A DNA stretch of 64,000 bases, from the NCBI GenBank assembly GCA_965223905.1, contig CBDCXV010000010.1:768001-832000 (forward strand), in the 5' to 3' direction. This document shows, piece after piece, positions 57,491-64,000 of the stretch. Below the pieces are notes generated by a model. The model worked only from the letters and a program-made list of their open reading frames with translations. It searched no databases and was not told where the DNA came from. The translations under genes were made by a program, and so were the position numbers. Source of the DNA: Candidatus Latescibacterota bacterium. GTDB lineage: Bacteria; Latescibacterota; UBA2968; UBA8231. Position 1 is the first letter of the stretch, and each line of letters opens with the position of its first letter.

Positions 57491-58327
57491 TCAGGCGATT
57501 TCCTCAACCCAGTCCCCCTCCTTCCACAGTCGAACCGTGAATCCGTTCTCCTCCTCGATCAGATCGGGCTCGGTCCCGTTGTGGGCGAGCATTCCGGGAA
57601 TAATCTTTTTCCGCACGCCCATGCCGCTGGGATCGACGTATCCATAATCGCGCATCACGTTTACCAGCGTCTGGTTGCGCGCGTAGCGCGCGCCGGAGGC
57701 AATTTTCTCAGGGGTCAGCATATGGGGCAGGTTCCCGGGACTTACGATTTCCAGGCGATTCGTGAAGATGGCCAACATAACCTCCGCACCTGCGATGCCG
57801 TAGTCGCGGTGGACGAGGGCGTTCCCCACGGCTTCCCTGATCACGCTCTCGGGATATTCCAGGACATCGGTTTTCCCGGCGCCTTCCAAGCCCGCCGTCG
57901 TCGTATTTCGCCGCACGAAATCCCAAGCCTGATCGACCAGCCCTGACTCAATCAGGGAACCGTCTCGAGCGCGCAGTGGAACCAGAGGTCCTCTCAAGTC
58001 CTCATCGGCAAGGATAGTATTCGGGTTCTCGCCGGAATAGCAGATGGCCCGGATGCCTGATTGAGGAAGGAACCGCTTGGGATTCTTCCCGAACAGCAGC
58101 ATCCCGTCCATGGTTACGGCCGTCCACTCCGGGGAGATCGCGGCCAGTCTCAGGTTCAAGACCCACTCCTCGACCTGGTTATCTCCTGGAACATCGCCAC
58201 CCAAGACGCTAACGAAGTAGTCCCGCAGGCGGCCCAGGTCGAGGGTGTCGATGCCGGCGCCCGGCACCGGATTCAGGGGGTATTGTAACTGTCGCGACGC
58301 TTGGTACATCTCCGCCGCCTTAGTCAC
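57491..58327 (-). pseudogene. RecG-C/HATPase_c_4-type ATP-binding protein lacking its usual N-terminal AlbA_2 (Schlafen) domain
   Basis: YPESVIREAVGNALVHRDY, RLEIVSPG, ARNQTLVNVMRDYGYV..SGMG; begins in what looks like the interdomain linker. Confidence 0.65.
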
Positions 58328-59447
58328 CGCGGTATTCCGGGCGGGTTTTCGGCATTACGGCATCGGCAAGCGGGAGACCGCCCTCCAGCAGATCGCGGAG
58401 TTCCTGGAAGGATGCAGCCGGCAATACATCGGCGCCTTCTGTTTTGGGAATGATCAGCAGCGTCTCGTCGAGCCCGATTCCCTCGTCCTTCAACAAGTCG
58501 GGTGAGTGGGTGCTCAGGAAGATCTGTCTCCCGGTTTTCCTCTGAACCCGGGCCAGCATCTGCGGCAACGCCCGGACGATTTCCGGATGGAGCGAGAGTT
58601 CAGGCTCTTCGAGGAGCAGGGGCCCATCCTTTTCCATGGTCGACCAGAGGAGCCCCATGAGCCGCAACGTCCCGTCGGAGAATTGCTCTTCCGTCTGCCA
58701 GGCCCCCTGTGGGCGCCAGTGTTGGTATTTACCCCGCAGGTGAGGTGTGCCGCGTGCATCGCGCCACAGATCGATTTCTTCGAGCTGCGGAACGGCGATC
58801 CTGAGGGCTTTCTGTATGCGCCTCAGCCGGGCATTGCGGGTCCGCTCCTGGGTTTTTGTTACCTGTTCGAGGAAATCCCCCCCGAAAGGATCGTTGGTTC
58901 GCCCGACAGAACGATCCGGTTCGCGCACAAGCTGTGGGACAAGGTGCAGGTAGCGGATGGATGTGAAGAACTCTGCCAGGGAGCGAAATGGCTTGTTGAC
59001 GTTTACCTGCTCGAGGTGGGTTTGCCTCAACCGCACCCGATCATCCTCGTCGTCACTGTCGGGGCGGTCGACCAGCTTTTTTTCATCCTGCAGCACACGC
59101 TCCATGTGGAGCAACGGCCGGCGCTGATTGTCCTGGGAAAAGGCGAGCTCATACCTCCACCGAGCCCCTTCGGTTCCTTCCTGCAATTCGACATGGACTT
59201 CGATGTCCGGATTCCGGCGGGCGGCCAGGCACCGGATGGCACTGACCCCACCGCGCCGTCGGACCGCCTCCTGAAAGCCGCCACCTGTAGATGCGAGATC
59301 ACCCAGAAACCGGAAGACGTCGAGGAAGTTGGATTTACCCGATGCGTTGGGCCCTACGAGAAACACGCGGTCCTCTAGGGCGACCTCGATGTCGGCGAAG
59401 TTTTTCCAATTGCGCAGGCGCAGTCTCCGGATCTTCAGGTCACTCAT
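58320..59447 (-). CDS. AAA_21/RecF-like ATPase (C-terminus possibly clipped)
   Basis: LRNWKNF, GPNASGKSN, FSDGTLRL, LLEEPELSLHP, STHS. Confidence 0.85.
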   Translation of the reverse strand: MSDLKIRRLRLRNWKNFADIEVALEDRVFLVGPNASGKSNFLDVFRFLGDLASTGGGFQEAVRRRGGVSAIRCLAARRNPDIEVHVELQEGTEGARWRYELAFSQDNQRRPLLHMERVLQDEKKLVDRPDSDDEDDRVRLRQTHLEQVNVNKPFRSLAEFFTSIRYLHLVPQLVREPDRSVGRTNDPFGGDFLEQVTKTQERTRNARLRRIQKALRIAVPQLEEIDLWRDARGTPHLRGKYQHWRPQGAWQTEEQFSDGTLRLMGLLWSTMEKDGPLLLEEPELSLHPEIVRALPQMLARVQRKTGRQIFLSTHSPDLLKDEGIGLDETLLIIPKTEGADVLPAASFQELRDLLEGGLPLADAVMPKTRPEYRGD

Positions 59448-59451
59448 CGCT

Positions 59452-62400
59452 TCATCTCACTTTGGATTTGTCCCGAACCTCCATCGGCTGCTTCAGGGCA
59501 TTCACGCTCAGGTAGTAGTGTTCCACCTTGGTAAACTCCCGCCAAGGGAAGCGCGCTGGATCACCTATCGGCTTCTGAAGCTCAGGTGCGCTGGCGCAGT
59601 TGGTCACCACGTAGAGCCAGTAACAGTCGCGCCGGTCCTCCGCGACGCGGCGCTCGTTCGGCGTCAGCAGGATACTTCCGGCGGCGCCGGCGAGACCCTT
59701 CACCTCGATGAGGCGCAGCTCCCCGGACTGTAGATCGAGGCTGGTCAGGTCGTACCCGAGGTCCTTCTCATGGACGTCCACTACCTGGCGTCCCTTCGCG
59801 GTCTCGTGTTCCATGACCACCTGCATCGCCGTCATTTCGGTTTCGGGATGCGGACGCAGGCCCCGGACGTCCAGGGTGTCGCTTTCGGGATGGGGAAGAA
59901 CGAGGGCGCTGGCGAGCCGCTCTACTCCCTGAAGGGTCACGGCTCGCTGCCGCTTGAGCTCCTCGCGCCGTCGCTCGCGACGCTCCCGCACCTCCGCATG
60001 GCGGTTCTCGGCCTGCGCCAGACGCCCTTCGGCCCCGGTTACTCCCTCGTCCACCTCTTCATCAGCCCGGCCGATCTCGTCGTCCGCCCGTTGCAGCACC
60101 TCCTTCAGCGACATTTCGACGTGCTCGGCAATGCGGTCGACCTCGGCAAACCGCTCGTTGCGCACCTCGTCGATGAACGGGATCAGGGCTTGTTCGTTCA
60201 GCCAGGCGGTAGCTTCCGGAAGCGAGGACGCAGCCGGCAGGAAATCCGGCGCCGCGGTGGGAGTCAGGTTGCCGAGGATATCCGGCTCGCGAAGACAGGG
60301 TGAGGCCCCATCCGTCAGCTCCACGGTGAACAGCCGTTCGTGGATGATCTGTCCGAGACCGTCGACGACCTTCGCTCTGTAGAAGTCGAGGCGGGCGGGA
60401 GTTTCGTGGGCTAGTGAACGGAAGCATGCCCCACGGGCACAGGCGTCTCGGCCGAGATCGAGGCTGTGGCGGCGCAGGGCTTCGAACAGCGGATGTCCGG
60501 GGGTCACCCATTCGAGGTGGTGCTCCTCCGCGGTGTCCCGGTCCGTCGAAAGGCGCGGATAGCGAACCGCAAGCTCCGGGAGCTTCCAGTCCGGCATGCG
60601 CTCGTATTTTTTCAACCCGGGCGGCACGCGAGCCGGGTCGAACGTATGCGCCAGGTTTCTCACCGGTTTCAGGACCAAGCCCGAAAACTGCGCGCATTCC
60701 TTGATGAACCGCGCGATGGTCTCGGGAACCAGGCGCCTTTCCTGGGCCCGGGCGCGGCGCTCGATGAGCATGTCGAGATTGAGCTTCTTGGCGGCCAATC
60801 CCTCCAGCGCCGTCTGGCAGATATTCCGGAAATGACCCTCGTCCACGTCCCTCAGGAGCCGGTCTTCGAAGTCTTCCTCCCCAAGCCTGCCGGCGTAGAA
60901 GTCGCGCAGCACGCGCTCCACGTGCGCGGACGGCAGGATCTCGCCCACGACGTTGAATACCGCGTCGTCATCGAGGGCGTCGCGGATCTCCTGGAGCTTG
61001 TCCAACAGCCGCTGCAGGACCCGTCCCTCGATGGTGTTGGTGGCGACGAAATTGAAGATCAGGCAGTCTAGCCGCTGTCCGTACCGGTGGATGCGCCCCA
61101 TCCGCTGTTCGAGGCGGTTCGGGTTCCAGGGGATGTCGTAGTTGAAGAGAATGTGGCAGCACTGGAGGTTGATTCCTTCTCCGGCCGCCTCGGTAGCGAC
61201 CAGGACCTGTATCTCCCCTTCGCGGAACTGCTGCTCGGTGTAGAGCCGGGTTCCCGGTTCGTCGCGGGAGCCGGGTTTCATGGCCCCGTGGATGCAGCCG
61301 ACGCGGAAGCCCCAGGCTTTCAGCTGTTCCATCAGGTGGTCGAGGGTGTCCTTGAACTCGGTGAACAGCAGCAGCCGCTGGTCGGGCCGGTCGAAGAACC
61401 CCTCCTCCTGCATGATCCGCCGAAGATGTCGGAGCTTCGCCTGGCTGCCCGGGCCTTCGACTGCTTTCGCCTCCCCGGCAAGCTCCAGCAGCTCGGCGAT
61501 CTCTTCCCGCACCTGCCCGGCGTTGCCGGCCAGGGTGATCGCTTCCAGCATCCTTTCCAGGCGCTCGCGCTCCGCGTCCTCGAACTCCTCGAGCTCTTCC
61601 AGACCGGGAAGATCAGGGGGCGCGGTTCGAACCACTTCCTGGGCCCGGCTTAGGCCCTCCTCCAGGCGCTTTGCCCGGTTCTCCAGCGAACGACGCATGG
61701 CGTAGGTGCTGGAGGCGAGACGCCTCTGGTACAGGGACATCAGGAAACCGACGGCTCGCGCCCGCGGGTCGTCATCTTGGGCCGCGGCTCGGGTGCATTG
61801 CCGCTTTACGAAGCGGGTGACTGCCTGGTACAGGTCGAACTCGGGGCCATCGATGGCGAAGTCGGCGGTACGTGGGATGCGCTTGGTGAAGACCGGCTTG
61901 GCAATCCAGGTTCCGTCCTCATGGCGCTCCGGGAAATAGACCATCGCCTCCTTGGTGCGCCGCAGGTAGAAGGGGGCGCGCCTCTTGTCCATGGCATCGC
62001 GGATCGAGCTTACGTCGGCGTAGGCGTCCCGGTCGAGAAGCTGCAGGAAGAGGCTGAAATTCTGTGGGTCCCCCTTGTGCGGAGTGGCGGTCAGCAGCAG
62101 CACGTTTTCGGCGCTGTCGCGCAGCAGTTCCCCCAGCCGGTACCGCTGGCTCTTGTGCGTCTCGTCGCGCGCCGACATGCGGTGCGCCTCGTCGACGATC
62201 ACCAGATCCCAACGCACCTGAGCCAGTCCGGGAAGGATCTCGGTGCGCTTGGCGAGGTCGAGGGAGGTGATGATCTGCTTCTGCTCCATCCACTGGTTGA
62301 CGCCGAACTGATCGCGGATGTCGCTGCCTTTCAGCACCAGGAACTTCTCCTCGAACTTCTCCTTGAGCTCGCGCTGCCATTGGAACGTCAGGTTCGCGGG

Positions 62401-62898
62401 GCAGACGACGAGAACCCGTTCGATAAGGCCACGAAGCTTGAGTTCGCGAATCAGGAGACCGGCCATGATGGTCTTGCCTGCTCCTGCGTCGTCGGCGAGC
62501 AGGAAGCGCACGCTTGGCAATTTGAGGAAGTGATCGTAGACGGCTTCGAGCTGGTGCGGCAGGGGGTCCACCCGCGAAATGGACAACCCGAAATAAGGGT
62601 CGAATTCGTAGGCGATGCCGAGCGCGTAGGCCTGAAGGCCGAGACGCAGAAGCCGTCCGTCGCCGTCGAAGGAAAGAGCGGAATCGGCGATGGTCAGGTC
62701 GGCAATGTCATCCGCCGTAAGGGTGACCTGACGAAACTGCTCCGACTGCTGGCCGACGAGTCCTGCGACCCAGATTCCGGGACCATTCGAGCCAACGGTA
62801 ACCACTCGCATAGGCTCGCTGAACAGCGAGCCGGACAGGATCTGTCCTTCCCGGATGGCGGTCTCAGCACTCAACGGGATACTCCTGTTTCCAGCCAT
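59452..62898 (-). CDS. SNF2-family helicase with a C-terminal DUF3883 (PD-(D/E)XK) nuclease domain
   Basis: PLPHQLEAV, LLADDAGAGKT, DEAH, TATP, EAAGEGINLQ, QRMGRIHRYGQ; C-terminal GYDLTS...IEVKG. Confidence 0.9.
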   Translation of the reverse strand: MAGNRSIPLSAETAIREGQILSGSLFSEPMRVVTVGSNGPGIWVAGLVGQQSEQFRQVTLTADDIADLTIADSALSFDGDGRLLRLGLQAYALGIAYEFDPYFGLSISRVDPLPHQLEAVYDHFLKLPSVRFLLADDAGAGKTIMAGLLIRELKLRGLIERVLVVCPANLTFQWQRELKEKFEEKFLVLKGSDIRDQFGVNQWMEQKQIITSLDLAKRTEILPGLAQVRWDLVIVDEAHRMSARDETHKSQRYRLGELLRDSAENVLLLTATPHKGDPQNFSLFLQLLDRDAYADVSSIRDAMDKRRAPFYLRRTKEAMVYFPERHEDGTWIAKPVFTKRIPRTADFAIDGPEFDLYQAVTRFVKRQCTRAAAQDDDPRARAVGFLMSLYQRRLASSTYAMRRSLENRAKRLEEGLSRAQEVVRTAPPDLPGLEELEEFEDAERERLERMLEAITLAGNAGQVREEIAELLELAGEAKAVEGPGSQAKLRHLRRIMQEEGFFDRPDQRLLLFTEFKDTLDHLMEQLKAWGFRVGCIHGAMKPGSRDEPGTRLYTEQQFREGEIQVLVATEAAGEGINLQCCHILFNYDIPWNPNRLEQRMGRIHRYGQRLDCLIFNFVATNTIEGRVLQRLLDKLQEIRDALDDDAVFNVVGEILPSAHVERVLRDFYAGRLGEEDFEDRLLRDVDEGHFRNICQTALEGLAAKKLNLDMLIERRARAQERRLVPETIARFIKECAQFSGLVLKPVRNLAHTFDPARVPPGLKKYERMPDWKLPELAVRYPRLSTDRDTAEEHHLEWVTPGHPLFEALRRHSLDLGRDACARGACFRSLAHETPARLDFYRAKVVDGLGQIIHERLFTVELTDGASPCLREPDILGNLTPTAAPDFLPAASSLPEATAWLNEQALIPFIDEVRNERFAEVDRIAEHVEMSLKEVLQRADDEIGRADEEVDEGVTGAEGRLAQAENRHAEVRERRERRREELKRQRAVTLQGVERLASALVLPHPESDTLDVRGLRPHPETEMTAMQVVMEHETAKGRQVVDVHEKDLGYDLTSLDLQSGELRLIEVKGLAGAAGSILLTPNERRVAEDRRDCYWLYVVTNCASAPELQKPIGDPARFPWREFTKVEHYYLSVNALKQPMEVRDKSKVR

Positions 62899-62985
62899 TA
62901 TCAATTTCTTTGCCCTTCTGGCATGGCTTGCTTGATCCCATTCAGGAGTGCCGAATCGCTCCCAGTACCTGCGGAGGAGGAGATC

Positions 62986-63168
62986 CTATATGTAGTAGAT
63001 CGGGACCTGCGGGTCCTCCGCCGGCAGCTCCGGGGCCTTGAATTGCCGGCGGTTGCGGAACCGCCGGGTGGCCGTGAAGCCCCAGGCGACCAGGGCTCCC
63101 CAGACAGCGGGGAGGACGACCGCGGCCGCCACCAGGACCGCGTCGGGAACGCCTGCCAGGGCGCTCAC
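62986..63168 (-). CDS. 60-aa single-TM membrane protein, copy 2
   Basis: GTGA overlap with the glycosyltransferase stop; MSALAGVPDAVLVAAAVVLPAVWGALVAWGF...PIYYI. Confidence 0.7.
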   Translation of the reverse strand: MSALAGVPDAVLVAAAVVLPAVWGALVAWGFTATRRFRNRRQFKAPELPAEDPQVPIYYI

Positions 63169-63184
63169 TCCGCATCCTCCCCGG
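62990..63184. repeat. 195-bp direct repeat, right flank of the defence island
   Basis: Matches 43860-44054. Confidence 0.95.
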
Positions 63185-64000
63185 CTGTGGTCGCGCCGCC
63201 ATTCAGCCGCCGGCTGATCCGCGGCGTGCGCCCTCCCCGCTGGTGCATGCTCGCCACCATGTCGCCGAGCAGCCCGGTCGAGAACAGCTGCACCCCGACG
63301 ATGATCAGCAGGACCCCGAAAAGCAGCAGCGGCAGCCGGTGCTGGATGGTGCCGGTCTCCGCCCACAGGTAGGTGATGTAGCAGCCGATCAGGGCGCCAG
63401 CTGCGGTGGCCGCGAGGCCGAGGCTTCCGAACACGTGCATCGGCGTGGTCATGAAGCGGACCACGAAGGTGATCGAGAGCAGATCGAGGAAGCCGTTGAG
63501 CAGCCGCCTGCTTCCGAACTTCGACTCCCCGTACATGCGGCGGTGATGGCGCACCGGGATTTCGCCGACCCGGTAGCCGCTCCAGTGGGCGATGGCGGGC
63601 AGGTAGCGGTAGAGCTCGCCGTACAGATAGGGGAGGGAATCCTCGGCCACCTCGCGGCGGTAGGCCTTCAGGCCGCAGTTGAAATCGTGCAGCCTGATGC
63701 CGGCGACCACCGAGGTCACGAGGTTGAACAGCCGCGATGGCAGGGTTTTGCTCAGGGGGTCGAGGCGCTTCTGCTTCCAGCCGGTGACGAGGTCCTTGTC
63801 GCCGTCGAGGGCGGCCAGAAGGTTCTCGATCTCCTCGGGGTCGTCCTGGAGATCTGCGTCCATGGTGACGATGACGTCCCCCCTGGCGGCCTTGAAGCCG
63901 GCCGCCAGGGCCGCGGCCTTGCGGTAGTTGCGCCGGAAGCCGAGGGCGCGGATGCGCGGGTAACGGCCGCTGAGCTCCCCGATGACGTCGAACGAGCCGT
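63165..64000 (-). CDS. GT2 polyprenyl-phosphate glycosyltransferase (ArnC/GtrB-like), 5' end outside the window
   Basis: RNYRKAAAL, MDADLQDDPEEI, HDFNCGLKAYR, two C-terminal TM helices. Confidence 0.9.
   Translation of the reverse strand, partial: GSFDVIGELSGRYPRIRALGFRRNYRKAAALAAGFKAARGDVIVTMDADLQDDPEEIENLLAALDGDKDLVTGWKQKRLDPLSKTLPSRLFNLVTSVVAGIRLHDFNCGLKAYRREVAEDSLPYLYGELYRYLPAIAHWSGYRVGEIPVRHHRRMYGESKFGSRRLLNGFLDLLSITFVVRFMTTPMHVFGSLGLAATAAGALIGCYITYLWAETGTIQHRLPLLLFGVLLIIVGVQLFSTGLLGDMVASMHQRGGRTPRISRRLNGGATTAGEDAE

Larger units (their letters stand above)
44055..62989 (-). mobile_element. ~19-kb defence island with no recognisable integrase
   Basis: Bounded by the 195-bp direct repeats; all genes on the minus strand; patchy lower GC; defence-type genes. 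Confidence 0.8.

Noticed and set aside
44055-62989. Prophage, ICE or integron interpretation of the island
   Set aside because: No integrase, structural, conjugation or attC features seen.
1-64000. tRNA/rRNA genes
   Set aside because: No cloverleaf or rRNA-like sequence was recognised by eye in the intergenic regions.

Overview
High-GC bacterial chromosome segment; a Latescibacterota/Gemmatimonadota-like FCB lineage is a guess from gene content. 1-39.8 kb is mostly core genes: rlmN, an M23 peptidase, larC, a Gfo/Idh/MocA + TIM-barrel pair, a split dpp ABC transporter, a frameshifted glgB, a metal permease, a DprE1/DprE2-like pair, recD2 and relA/spoT. It also holds an uncharacterised four-gene operon (27.6-36.3 kb): degenerate M28-peptidase/FtsX fusion, OPT-like transporter, hypothetical protein, PqqD. 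A small AT-richer insertion (39.9-41.8 kb) carries an IS4 remnant and a DUF3800 gene preceded by a promoter and two hairpins (candidate ncRNA). After hisC and a voltage-gated channel, a ~19 kb integrase-less defence island (44.1-63.0 kb) is flanked by 195-bp direct repeats, each encoding an intact 60-aa membrane protein. The island core is SNF2 helicase-nuclease / DUF1156 methylase / DUF499 ATPase. Cargo sits between the core genes: a metallophosphoesterase + Hsp90-like ATPase pair, an AAA-TOPRIM fusion, AAA + DUF4276, and several gene remnants. No rRNA, tRNA or CRISPR array was seen. Family calls come from motif recognition only; no database searches were run.
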